NCBI GenBank assembly: GCA_017302795.1
Contig: JAFLCB010000005.1
Location: forward strand, 207,668 to 271,667
Source of the DNA: Deltaproteobacteria bacterium
GTDB taxonomy: Bacteria > Bdellovibrionota > Bdellovibrionia > Bdellovibrionales > JAMPXM01
DNA length: 64,000 bases
Direction of reading: 5' to 3'
Shown here in pieces: positions 18,411-27,395 of this stretch (position 1 is its first letter; each line of letters begins with the position of its first letter). The notes under the pieces are model-generated. The model searched no databases. It was not told where the DNA came from and saw nothing but the letters and a program-made list of their open reading frames with translations. The position numbers and the translations under genes are program-made.

Positions 18411-20063
18411 ATGGTTCAAACCAAATCCAACCGAAATCGCTGGCCCGTTTTTGTATCAGCAATGGCCCTTGCAGCAGCCTTCGCCGCGTCGGCCAATGCG
18501 CAAACGCCTGCTCAAACGAGCATTTCTTCAGCCGCCTCAACGGAACAGCGCTGGTCCGAGTTTCAAACAGACCCGGTGAAGTTCATGAACATGCTGCCGC
18601 ATAAAAAAGTTTCGGGACCGCGCAAAGGCCTGACTCAGTTCTCTCCAGCGGACGTAAAATCCCGCACCTTCATCGACAAGAAAAATGGCGCGCGAATTGG
18701 GGGCAAAGGGTTTGAGTTCGCCCCAGATTTCCGCGATGAAAATGGCGTAAGTCTTGGCGATATCATCGATGGCCGCGCGGGCGCCCGCGAAAACGTTATG
18801 GATTTCCTCGACCTCTCTCAGTTCCCGAACCGCAAGCCGGTGTTGAACCTATCGGAAATGGAGTCGGAAGGGCTTCGCGAAGGTAAGCTCGATGAAACTC
18901 CTTGGTCAGACACATACTGGCCGATCTACATGGGCGTACTAGGCGCACGATATGCGAACCAAAACTTTTCTTCAGCCTCAAATTGGAAGGGTTATTACGA
19001 GTTTATCAGCAGCAAATCTCAAAAGCTCAGCAAGCTCGCGAAGAATGCGAACCCCTTAATGCTTGAATCTCTTTCTCCTTCAGAAAAGTACGACCTTTTA
19101 ATCGGCGATCTAACTGACGGTGCTACGAAGTACGAGGCCGGATACCTGACGCCACACATGTGGGAAGAGGGCCGACAATATTGGGACGAAAAAGGCGAAG
19201 TTGAACCATGGATGGGAATTTGCCACGGCTGGGCGCCAGCGGCTTACATGCTAAAACGTCCAACTAAGACTGTCGAAGTGCCTTCGGCAGACGGTCAAAA
19301 CACTTTGAAATTCTATCCGTCAGATATAAAAGGACTCGGCAGCTACCTCTGGGCAAAAGCGCGCGTTCCAACACGCTTTATCGGTGGTCGATGCAACGAT
19401 AAAAATGCCGACACAGATCCAGAAACTGGCCGAGTGTTGAATGAAAAATGTTTCGATACTAACCCGGCGAACTGGCACCAAATCATCGTAAACCAAATCG
19501 GCCTCGCTAAAAAAAGTTTCGTTATGGACGCGACCTTTGATTACGAAGTTTGGAACCAACCCGTTTACTCGTACACATACAAATACTTTAATCCCCAGAC
19601 AGGCAAAAGCGCGCGCAGTCTTCGCACAGCGACTGTTGCTGCGGACAAATTCTCAAACGACAAATTCAAGAAGTTTCGATCTTCAAAAGCTGCAAACTTT
19701 GTTGGTATCGAGATGGAAGTCACTTACGTCGTTGAAACAAGCGCCACTCACAATGAAGTTGACTCTTCGGCTTACGATGCGACGACCACAGTCACTTACA
19801 TGTACGATCTTGAGCTAGATCAGAACATGGAAATCATCGGCGGCGAGTGGTATTCAAACATCCACCCCGACTTCCTCTGGAACCCGATTGCTGACGGACG
19901 CGCCGAGACCATTGGCGATTCACGCCTAACTGGAACCTGGGATGGTTCGTCTGCATTGCCAAAATTCTGGCGCGACGTTGCAGTCATGACCGCTGTTCAC
20001 AATGGGCTGCCATTGGCTTCGATCATCGAGTCGCTGATCGACGTTTCAAACAAAACTGAGTAG
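18411..20063 (+). CDS. secreted transglutaminase-elicitor (oomycete GP42-type) family protein
   Basis: Signal peptide (VFVSAMALAAAFAASANA|QT). Candidate nucleophile motif WMGICHGWAPAAYM (Cys271). Residues 380-385, VWNQPV, are identical to the first six residues of the Phytophthora Pep-13 epitope VWNQPVRGFKVYE (recalled from memory). Confidence 0.6.
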   Translation: MVQTKSNRNRWPVFVSAMALAAAFAASANAQTPAQTSISSAASTEQRWSEFQTDPVKFMNMLPHKKVSGPRKGLTQFSPADVKSRTFIDKKNGARIGGKGFEFAPDFRDENGVSLGDIIDGRAGARENVMDFLDLSQFPNRKPVLNLSEMESEGLREGKLDETPWSDTYWPIYMGVLGARYANQNFSSASNWKGYYEFISSKSQKLSKLAKNANPLMLESLSPSEKYDLLIGDLTDGATKYEAGYLTPHMWEEGRQYWDEKGEVEPWMGICHGWAPAAYMLKRPTKTVEVPSADGQNTLKFYPSDIKGLGSYLWAKARVPTRFIGGRCNDKNADTDPETGRVLNEKCFDTNPANWHQIIVNQIGLAKKSFVMDATFDYEVWNQPVYSYTYKYFNPQTGKSARSLRTATVAADKFSNDKFKKFRSSKAANFVGIEMEVTYVVETSATHNEVDSSAYDATTTVTYMYDLELDQNMEIIGGEWYSNIHPDFLWNPIADGRAETIGDSRLTGTWDGSSALPKFWRDVAVMTAVHNGLPLASIIESLIDVSNKTE

Positions 20064-20066
20064 TTG

Positions 20067-21779
20067 ATGGGCCGCAAGCTGGGGCTGGTGGCCCTCTTCG
20101 CCACTTACCTAGTTGCATTATCAATCGGCGGGTCGATTCTCGACTCGCCGGCCTTGGCCTCGCCATCTCAATCTCATCAACAACCTCATCAACAACCAAG
20201 TTGGTATCCGAAAAAATCTTGTCGCGAGGCCTGGTCCAATCGTGACTTAGCTAAATACGATCACTCGCGCGATGCAAACGTGACCGCCGACGGGAACCGC
20301 GGCTACGCTAGTTACCTCAGTCGTCTTAAAAAAAGCGGCATCGACCGTCGATCTTGTTTTAAAGATTGGACTGTCCTTGTGTACATGGCCGGCGACAATG
20401 ACCTTAGCCCCTACGCCATTTGGGATTTAGAGGAAATGGAAGGTCGATTTGAAAGCGGCCGCTACGCTGGTTCGACTTTGAAATCTGATTTAGTTGTTCA
20501 GGCCGACACGGCGGGAGCAACGGGAATTCGTCGACTCCATATTTTTCAGCGGGAGGACCGACCGTACGTTGCGGCAACCTCGATCAATGAATTTAAAAAT
20601 CGCGGGCCCGAAACCGTTCAGTCGCCTATCGCAGAATTGCTTCCGGAGTCGCGGCCAAGCCGACAAGGCCTGCAAGACTTTCTTCAATGGGGTGTTCAGC
20701 AGTATCCCGCCGATAGGTACATGGTGGTTATATGGGGGCATGGCCAAGGTTGGCTTGGTGCTCCTATCGAGATCACGGCTACAGATGTTGCAAATCTTCA
20801 TGCAGCCGCTCCGTCAGGTCAGCTGACGACAGCGCTTAACCAAGTTGCTCTTTTGCCCCAGCCGCCCACGACTCCGTCCGCCGGATCCTTTGGCGGGATT
20901 GCGATAGATCCGGCGACTGGCAACGGGTTATCAGTCGACGATCTCAATCAAGCACTCACCGCGACCGTAGAGATCACTTTGGAAGGTCGACCACTTGATG
21001 TTTATGCAAGCGACGCATGTCTCATGCAGATGGCAGAAGTGGCGCGTGAAATTTCAGATACAAGTCGGTACATCGTCGGCTCGGCCCAAGTACAAAGCTA
21101 CTTGGGTCTTCCCTATCGGCGATTGATGTACGAACTCAACACTGGACGATTTCTAAGCGGCGGCGCATTGGTAGGAAAATCGGATGAAGCGCTTTTAATG
21201 GCGAAAATGTTGCCCCTTCTGACGGAACAGTCTCTCGATCCCATTCGGGGGCAACAAGGACGAGTCGAGCCAAAAGCCGTCGAAACATTCACTATGAGTG
21301 CAATCTCGACTGGTGCGCTTAACCAGCAGTTGATTCCGTCTCTGGCAGACTTCTCCAAAGCGCTCCAAGATTACCTCATAGAGGATCAAATTCGAGGCTT
21401 CTCAATAGGGGCAGTGGTAAAGGCAGCACCTTCTTTCATGGGTGGTGGAAAAGAGCTGGGAAGTTTCATCAGTCTCATCGAGATAGCGCGCCTAGAAGAC
21501 GAATCCCGTCGCGGCAATGTGTCGCTAGCTTCGAAACGGTTGGCCAGATCTGTTGTCCAGTTGAAGCATGCATTAGATGAGACTGTCATTGAACGTCGTC
21601 TCGGCACCAGGTACCAGACTGTCGAAAAATCATTTCACCTTCTGGGTTACCGGGGGCTTGGAATTTGGATTCCAAATGGGGATCGTGAATTTAAAAGGCG
21701 ATCACCTGACTTCGCCCAATCGACTCTTCATCAAGAGACTGATTGGCAAACTTGGTTGAAGTCGGCATTAGGTCTTTAG
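20067..21779 (+). CDS. clostripain-like cysteine peptidase (MEROPS C11)
   Basis: Signal peptide. WTVLVYMAGDNDLSPYA, then VVIWGHGQGW (catalytic His-Gly) and DVYASDACLMQMAEV (catalytic Cys) are the C11 signature blocks. The start (TTG 20064 or ATG 20067) abuts the stop of the transglutaminase gene. Confidence 0.8.
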   Translation: MGRKLGLVALFATYLVALSIGGSILDSPALASPSQSHQQPHQQPSWYPKKSCREAWSNRDLAKYDHSRDANVTADGNRGYASYLSRLKKSGIDRRSCFKDWTVLVYMAGDNDLSPYAIWDLEEMEGRFESGRYAGSTLKSDLVVQADTAGATGIRRLHIFQREDRPYVAATSINEFKNRGPETVQSPIAELLPESRPSRQGLQDFLQWGVQQYPADRYMVVIWGHGQGWLGAPIEITATDVANLHAAAPSGQLTTALNQVALLPQPPTTPSAGSFGGIAIDPATGNGLSVDDLNQALTATVEITLEGRPLDVYASDACLMQMAEVAREISDTSRYIVGSAQVQSYLGLPYRRLMYELNTGRFLSGGALVGKSDEALLMAKMLPLLTEQSLDPIRGQQGRVEPKAVETFTMSAISTGALNQQLIPSLADFSKALQDYLIEDQIRGFSIGAVVKAAPSFMGGGKELGSFISLIEIARLEDESRRGNVSLASKRLARSVVQLKHALDETVIERRLGTRYQTVEKSFHLLGYRGLGIWIPNGDREFKRRSPDFAQSTLHQETDWQTWLKSALGL

Positions 21780-21845
21780 GACGATCTTCTTTTTGCTGCG
21801 TTCGGAGGATTGCCCCTTCCGAAAACCTAGTCTAGCTTCAATCTC

Positions 21846-22790
21846 ATGACACTCACTCAGCTTAGCTACATCGTTGCCGTCGCCAAGCACCGCCACTTCG
21901 GTGCCGCTGCTGAGTCCTGTTTTGTCACGCAGCCGACGCTTTCGATGCAAGTTCAAAAGCTGGAAGAAGAACTGGGAATTGAAATTTTCGATCGCAGTCA
22001 CCAGCCTATTTCCCCCACGCCTCTTGGAAGTGCTCTCGTCGAACAGGCGCAGATCGTCTTGGCTGAGGCCGAAAAACTTAAAGCACTATCCGCCGAAGAA
22101 CTCGACACCATTGCCGGTCAAATAAGAATCGGGATTATTCCAACACTCAGTCCGACATTGGCTCCCAAAGTTGCCGATTGGTTTTCTCGTCATCATCCGG
22201 AAACGGCACTTCACCTCGAGGAAGTGCAGACCAAGGATCTGATGACCCGGATCAAAGACGGATCGATCGATCTCGGCCTCGTTGTTACCCCCTTGGATGA
22301 CAGCCACATTTTGGAGAAACCTCTTTTCTATGAACCGTTCATGCTTTACGTTTCTCCGGATCATCCACTGACAAAATTGAAAACCATCGGATCCGAAAGC
22401 CTCAGTTTTGAGGATCTTTGGCTGCTGACAGAAGGTCATTGCTTTCGCGATCAGGCCCTCAAAGTCTGCGGCGATCGCAAACGGAAGCGAACAACAACTC
22501 GAGCTATGTTTGAAAGTGGAAGCCTTGAAACACTTCGCAAGATGGTCGACAAAAGTGGCGGCTATACATTGATTCCCGCACTTACTTTAGACGACATCGA
22601 TGAATCGCGACGAAAGAAACAAGTTCGTGAGTTCGTTTCACCGGCTCCAACGAGAGAAGTAAGCCTCGTTCACTCGAGGGTCTACAAAAGAAAAGCGACG
22701 CTCGACGCCATCGCCCTAGCTGTTCGAGAGGGACTGCCAAAAGAATTTTTAAAATTTGATTCGAAAAAACAAACTCGCGTCGGGCTTTAA
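21846..22790 (+). CDS. oxyR: LysR-family peroxide-sensing regulator OxyR
   Basis: wHTH region LSYIVAVAKHRHFGAAAESCFVTQPTLSMQVQKLEEELG closely parallels E. coli OxyR. The redox pair is conserved as EGHCFRDQALKVC (two Cys 9 residues apart, as C199/C208). Confidence 0.8.
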   Translation: MTLTQLSYIVAVAKHRHFGAAAESCFVTQPTLSMQVQKLEEELGIEIFDRSHQPISPTPLGSALVEQAQIVLAEAEKLKALSAEELDTIAGQIRIGIIPTLSPTLAPKVADWFSRHHPETALHLEEVQTKDLMTRIKDGSIDLGLVVTPLDDSHILEKPLFYEPFMLYVSPDHPLTKLKTIGSESLSFEDLWLLTEGHCFRDQALKVCGDRKRKRTTTRAMFESGSLETLRKMVDKSGGYTLIPALTLDDIDESRRKKQVREFVSPAPTREVSLVHSRVYKRKATLDAIALAVREGLPKEFLKFDSKKQTRVGL

Positions 22791-23632
22791 CGTAGTAGAA
22801 CTTCCAGCCACTTTTTCTTTTCTGTGTTCAGATTTTCACGATTCGACATAAGGCCGTTTTTTAATCCGCCTTCACGGTCTGCCAAATCTGCAGCTGGGTT
22901 CTTTTTTAAAATTTCACCGATCAAACGTACAGCCTTGCGATTGTTTTTCTTCATCGTATCTAAAACCACCTGCAGTGTAACGTGCTCAATTGCATCGTCC
23001 CAACAGTCGAAGTCAGTGACAAAACAGCATGGCAAGTAACTGATCCCCGCCTCGCGCGCGAGTGCGAACTCTGGAAAATTGGTCATTCCGATGATATCGG
23101 CACCCATCGATCGGTAAGTATTCGATTCTGCCTGCGTCGAGAAGTACGGTCCTTCGATGCAAACATAAGCTTTGTCAAAGTGTACGTTAAATCCGAGGCC
23201 CCCCGCTAGCTTGCGCACCGTCTCGACTCCAGTTTTCCAAACAGGTTTCGCAAGTGATACGTGGCCGACGAGGCCTTCTCCCAAAAAAGTATGGCGACGA
23301 ACGCCTTTTGTTCTATCAATGTACTGGCTTGCGACGACCAGGTCTCCCGGCGCAAGCTCTTTTCGCAGACTTCCTACAGCGGAGACCGAAATGATGCGAT
23401 CCACGCCCAAAGACTTCAGCGCGTAGAGGTTGGCCCGATAGTTTACTTCCGAAGGTAGCAATTCATGATGTCGACCGTGGCGCGATAAAAAAACTAATTC
23501 TTGGCCATCAAAACGTATCAACCGCAATCCTGACGAGGCCTCTCCAAAGGGTGTTGCTCGGTCGAGGTCGCTAACTTCTTCAACTCCTTCGAAGCTTTCG
23601 AATCCAGAACCGCCGATTACTGCCCACATCAC
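22787..23632 (-). CDS. mtnP: S-methyl-5'-thioadenosine phosphorylase
   Basis: IGGSGF...FLSRHGRHH...PSEVNYRANLYALKSLGV...ISVSAVGSL...GPYFSTQAES...GADIIGMTNFPEFALAREAG are PNP/MTAP family blocks. 4-nt overlap with mtnA. Confidence 0.85.
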   Translation of the reverse strand: MMWAVIGGSGFESFEGVEEVSDLDRATPFGEASSGLRLIRFDGQELVFLSRHGRHHELLPSEVNYRANLYALKSLGVDRIISVSAVGSLRKELAPGDLVVASQYIDRTKGVRRHTFLGEGLVGHVSLAKPVWKTGVETVRKLAGGLGFNVHFDKAYVCIEGPYFSTQAESNTYRSMGADIIGMTNFPEFALAREAGISYLPCCFVTDFDCWDDAIEHVTLQVVLDTMKKNNRKAVRLIGEILKKNPAADLADREGGLKNGLMSNRENLNTEKKKWLEVLLR

Positions 23633-24651
23633 GTTCCCCTTTGCCGAAACTGTTCTGGCGTGAAAGCGCCAGTGTTCAAAATAATTTTGGTCACTAATTC
23701 GGCCGGGGTGACGTCAAACGACGGGTTATAAACCGAAACTTTTTCCGGCGCCCATCTCACAATGGCATTGGGACTGACAAAACCCCGCACCTCGGCCGCA
23801 TCACGTTGTTCAATTTCTATCGCAGCTCCGTTGGGACAGAGGGGGTCGACCGTCGAAAGTGGCGCAACGGGATAAAATGGAATGCCATGGTGTTTGGCGA
23901 GAACTGCAAGGGAATAGGTACCAATTTTATTAGCAAAGTCTCCGCGCGCAGAAACGCGATCAGCTCCAGTCCAAACCGAACTGACTTTTCGATCGCGCAT
24001 TAAGCTCGCAGCCATACTGTCCGTGATCAGCGTGTGCGGAATGCCACATTGCGCGAGCTCCCAAGTTGTCAGGCGACCACCCTGAAGAAGGGGTCGCGTT
24101 TCGCAAGCATAGACATGGATTTTTTTTCCAGCCTCATGCGCCCCGCGAAGAACCGCGAAAGCCGTACCCTTGCCGACCGTGGCAAGGCCGCCAGTATTGC
24201 AGATAGTTAGAACCGAATCACCGTCATCTACCAGAGGGGCGCCAGCTCTCGCCATTCCGTTACACATTGCAACGTCGTCATCAAAGATGCCGAGCGCGGT
24301 TTGCAGGAGATCCGCATTGTTCGAAAGAACTTTTTCTACTCGATCGAGGGCCCACATAAGATTAACAGCCGTCGGCCTCGCGGCACGTAAATCTGCCCAG
24401 GCCTTTCTTCGCAGGACCATATCGGAAGTACGAAATGCTTCGACGACCATTGCGAGAACAGCGGCAACACCGATCAACGGCGCCCCACGAACAGCGAGAC
24501 ATTTAATCAGCTCACACATTGATTTGGAATCGGGGACAACCACCCAAATCTCTCGATCAGGCAGTTGACGCTGATCGAGAATGAGAAGCTCAGGGGCCGC
24601 TTTTAGAGAGGCTTTAAAGCGGAGGCCCAACGAATGACGCTCAATCATCAT
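23629..24651 (-). CDS. mtnA: methylthioribose-1-phosphate isomerase
   Basis: eIF-2B-related fold: LILDQRQLP, AVRGAPLIGVAA, RPTAVNLMWALDR, TICNTGGLAT, YACETRPLLQGGRLTTWEL, GADRVSARGDFANKIGTYSLAVLAKHHGIPFY. Confidence 0.9.
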   Translation of the reverse strand: MMIERHSLGLRFKASLKAAPELLILDQRQLPDREIWVVVPDSKSMCELIKCLAVRGAPLIGVAAVLAMVVEAFRTSDMVLRRKAWADLRAARPTAVNLMWALDRVEKVLSNNADLLQTALGIFDDDVAMCNGMARAGAPLVDDGDSVLTICNTGGLATVGKGTAFAVLRGAHEAGKKIHVYACETRPLLQGGRLTTWELAQCGIPHTLITDSMAASLMRDRKVSSVWTGADRVSARGDFANKIGTYSLAVLAKHHGIPFYPVAPLSTVDPLCPNGAAIEIEQRDAAEVRGFVSPNAIVRWAPEKVSVYNPSFDVTPAELVTKIILNTGAFTPEQFRQRGT

Positions 24652-25328
24652 AATGTGCGTCCATCCATGTTCGACCGCATCCGCCGTAAGTTCGCAATTT
24701 CCTCGGGCGGCAACATCGTAAGGCCTCCCAAGGATTCAGCGTAAGCCAGCGTAACCGCGGCGTGCTCCAGCCTCTCGATCCCATTGTAAGCTTCTTCCAG
24801 AGTCTCCCCCCAAGCAAGGGCACCGTGCCGAGATAATATCATCAGCCGACAATCCGGCAGAAATGGAAGTAGGTAATCCCCCATCTGCTTTGTGCCAGGC
24901 CGTGCGTAAGGAACAAACGGAATTCGCCCAGCCGCAAGAATAACCTCCGAAAGACATTCGGCCGGGAGCTCAGTAAGCTCCGGTCGGGCAATTGTCCACG
25001 CTGTCGCAACGGGCGGATGGGCATGAACGACGGCTTTGGCCTTATTAACGTTTTGAAAAATCGCGAGATGCATCAGCCGTTCGCTGCTAGGCTCACCTTC
25101 AAGGATTTCATTTTGGACAGTCATTCGGCAGATATCAGTTTCTGACAAGAAGCCTTTGTGACGTCCAGAGGGAGTAATCAAAATATTCTCATCACTCATG
25201 CGATAGCTGATATTGCCATCTGCAGCTGCCAGCCAGCCGCGGGCATGCAGGCGCCGTCCGATTTCAACAATTTCAATACAGACTTCATGTGATGTTTTAG
25301 GGGCAGGCAATTTACTTCCACTCGACAT
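24648..25328 (-). CDS. mtnB: class II aldolase/adducin-family protein, probably methylthioribulose-1-phosphate dehydratase
   Basis: GWLAAADGNISYR...ILITPSGRHKG...VVHAHPPVATAW shows the zinc-ligand His pattern of class II aldolases. It is translationally coupled to mtnA, and context supports MtnB over fuculose-phosphate aldolase. Confidence 0.65.
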   Translation of the reverse strand: MSSGSKLPAPKTSHEVCIEIVEIGRRLHARGWLAAADGNISYRMSDENILITPSGRHKGFLSETDICRMTVQNEILEGEPSSERLMHLAIFQNVNKAKAVVHAHPPVATAWTIARPELTELPAECLSEVILAAGRIPFVPYARPGTKQMGDYLLPFLPDCRLMILSRHGALAWGETLEEAYNGIERLEHAAVTLAYAESLGGLTMLPPEEIANLRRMRSNMDGRTL

Positions 25329-25357
25329 AGCGTCAACGTACCCCTAGGCTATTGCGA

Positions 25358-25876
25358 ATGACAAATAAACTTGATTCAAAATTTTTGAAGCTGATTAGCG
25401 ATGTGCCCAATTACCCCAAGCCGGGTGTGATATTTAAGGATATCACTCCGCTTCTTGGCTCGGCGCATTTCCCGGAGCTCATTCAAGAGCTGGCCGATCT
25501 TGTGCGCGACCTTGAATTTGATGCCATTGCAGGAGTCGAATCGCGAGGATTCATTTTAGGAGCGGCGATTGCGCACGAAACCAACGTTGGATTTGTGCCC
25601 GTGCGAAAAAAAGGCAAGCTTCCACCGCCTGTGTTTTCTCAAAGCTACGCGCTCGAGTACGGCGATGACACTGTGGAAGTAAAGGGCGGTAAAGGAAAAG
25701 TGGTCGTGATCGATGACGTATTGGCGACCGGCGGAACGTTAAAGGCTTCTGCAGAGGTCTTAACATTGGCAGGCTACGAAGTCGTCGGCTTTGCGGTTTT
25801 AATGAATCTCAAATTTTTAAATCAGTTTTCCTGGAATTCTTTGACTGCGAAAAGTCTGATCGAGATTTCCAGATAA
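25358..25876 (+). CDS. apt: adenine phosphoribosyltransferase
   Basis: YPKPGVIFKDITPLL...AGVESRGFILGAAIA...GFVPVRKKGKLP...VVVIDDVLATGGTL (PRPP loop). ATG 25358 is preferred over TTG 25352. Confidence 0.93.
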   Translation: MTNKLDSKFLKLISDVPNYPKPGVIFKDITPLLGSAHFPELIQELADLVRDLEFDAIAGVESRGFILGAAIAHETNVGFVPVRKKGKLPPPVFSQSYALEYGDDTVEVKGGKGKVVVIDDVLATGGTLKASAEVLTLAGYEVVGFAVLMNLKFLNQFSWNSLTAKSLIEISR

Positions 25877-25881
25877 AAAAA

Positions 25882-25906
25882 ACGGCGGGGATTCAGGCCT
25901 CGCCGT
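25882..25906. terminator. bidirectional rho-independent terminator
   Basis: acggcgggg (25882-25890) pairs with cctcgccgt (25898-25906), including one G.U pair. An A8 run precedes it, which reads as a T-run for the minus-strand gene 25954..26460; cttt follows on the plus strand. Confidence 0.7.
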
Positions 25907-25953
25907 CTTTCAGTGATCGAGTTCAAAATAAAACATCGTCTTTCGACGATTCG

Positions 25954-26460
25954 TTAAGGAGCAGCTTCAGCAGAAGCATCCGTCATCGAACAAGTGTATT
26001 TTGCTTTCGCGCGTGGAACGACTGGTTTTGAGCTTTTGCAAACAAGTTGCTCAACCGATTTCTGGTGCGTCACTGCGCCTACAAGTCCAGCGGGAGTAAC
26101 GTTGATCGCCGCGACATTTAACGCGTCGTAAATTTTCTGGTTGTTGCGACGACCTTTAAATTCGCACGACGCAATTGTGAGAGGACCATGAGGACCGAAG
26201 CCCATTGTCTTGCGACATTTCAGTCCGCCGACTTCTTTCACGCGGTTTGTCGCGCCCACGATGCCGGGAGTGGGATCAACTTCTTCAACATTCAAAACAT
26301 TGTAAATTTCAAGAGCGCGGCGGGTCGCTTCTACGATTGGAAGTGGAGCAGGTGCGCAACGCGCGCCTGGAGGTCCACCGATACACGCATCCGCATTCGG
26401 TGCCGAAAGTGCAAGCATTGTTAGCGCGGCCAAAAAAATTGACCTAGTAAGATTCATCAT
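25954..26460 (-). CDS. secreted Cys-containing protein with an internal two-fold repeat
   Basis: Signal peptide LAALTMLALSAPNADA. Two homologous ~55-aa modules: ALEIYNVLNVEEVDPTPGIVGATNRVKEVGGLKCRK and QKIYDALNVAAINVTPAGLVGAVTHQKSVEQLVCKS. Confidence 0.6.
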   Translation of the reverse strand: MMNLTRSIFLAALTMLALSAPNADACIGGPPGARCAPAPLPIVEATRRALEIYNVLNVEEVDPTPGIVGATNRVKEVGGLKCRKTMGFGPHGPLTIASCEFKGRRNNQKIYDALNVAAINVTPAGLVGAVTHQKSVEQLVCKSSKPVVPRAKAKYTCSMTDASAEAAP

Positions 26461-26663
26461 AAAATTCTCCTCTCGCCTCAGCGAGTAAATTTAAAAAGAT
26501 TATCGAACGACCGAGTCCGTTCATTGTGAACGGCGAGATATTCTCACGAGGATGGCCGTAAGCGAGAGGAAAATTTCAGACGCGTGAAACGCCTGGAAAG
26601 ATTTACGATAATTTTTATGAGTGGCATCCGCGGCTGAATCGCCCACGGACTATTAAATCAGTT

Positions 26664-27395
26664 CTAGAGGTTGTTCCGTCGAACGCGCGGACTTTGTGCG
26701 CGAACCGCAAGAGCGAAAAATAATGGAAACAGAAAGACGACTGCAAGCGAAACTGGACCCATTCCACCAGAAGTCGGTCCGCCGCCACGCCCATTTCCGA
26801 CTGCCGTTACCATACCGCAGCCGCCAAAGCCTGGCTTCACAAACTCTTTCGATGTGGACAAAGTACCTTCGCTGCCAGCGCCAGGCGGCGTTGCAGTAGG
26901 CGCGGGCGTTGCGGCCGTACCGATGTTTACGTCTACGCAATGGACGTAATATTCGCCGGGTTGCTCGTCCATTTCTTGAAGTACGCGAATTGTCGCCGTG
27001 TTGGTGTTGACGTTCGGAACTGTGAATGACACTGGCGTCGTAGCTCGATTGAGCGGGTCTTCAACACGAGCCAGCTCGTTTGCCGGCAACCAAAAGCCAG
27101 TGTCATTTGCAGGTGAAAACTGAACGTAGAAACGACCGGGATGATTGATTGTTTCTTGCACCGAGAAGGTAAATGTTTGCCCAGGTGTCAGCTGAAGAGG
27201 CGTTGCCATTCGAGTTCGAAAGTTGGCGCACGGCCCTGGATTATCTGCGACAGTTGGGTTCATCCGATTGTTCTGGATAAACTTAACAGCGTCGCTGGTG
27301 CCCATTCGTCCGACTGGAGTAATTCGAATATGAGCATCTGCAGTGGAAACAACGAACACAAACCCCAAGACGGCGGCCAAAGTTAGTGACTTCAT
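26664..27395 (-). CDS. secreted histidine-brace (LPMO-like) copper-protein candidate with a C-terminal Gly-Cys / TM / Arg-rich sorting-type tail
   Basis: The ATG at 27395 overlaps the upstream stop (ATGA) behind ggagga. Signal peptide ...FVVSTADA|HIRITP would leave His as mature residue 1. There is an internal ETINHPGRFYVQFS, and the tail is GFGGCGMVTAVGNGRGGGPTSGG-MGPVSLAVVFLFPLFFALAV-RAQSPRVRRNNL. Confidence 0.45.
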   Translation of the reverse strand: MKSLTLAAVLGFVFVVSTADAHIRITPVGRMGTSDAVKFIQNNRMNPTVADNPGPCANFRTRMATPLQLTPGQTFTFSVQETINHPGRFYVQFSPANDTGFWLPANELARVEDPLNRATTPVSFTVPNVNTNTATIRVLQEMDEQPGEYYVHCVDVNIGTAATPAPTATPPGAGSEGTLSTSKEFVKPGFGGCGMVTAVGNGRGGGPTSGGMGPVSLAVVFLFPLFFALAVRAQSPRVRRNNL

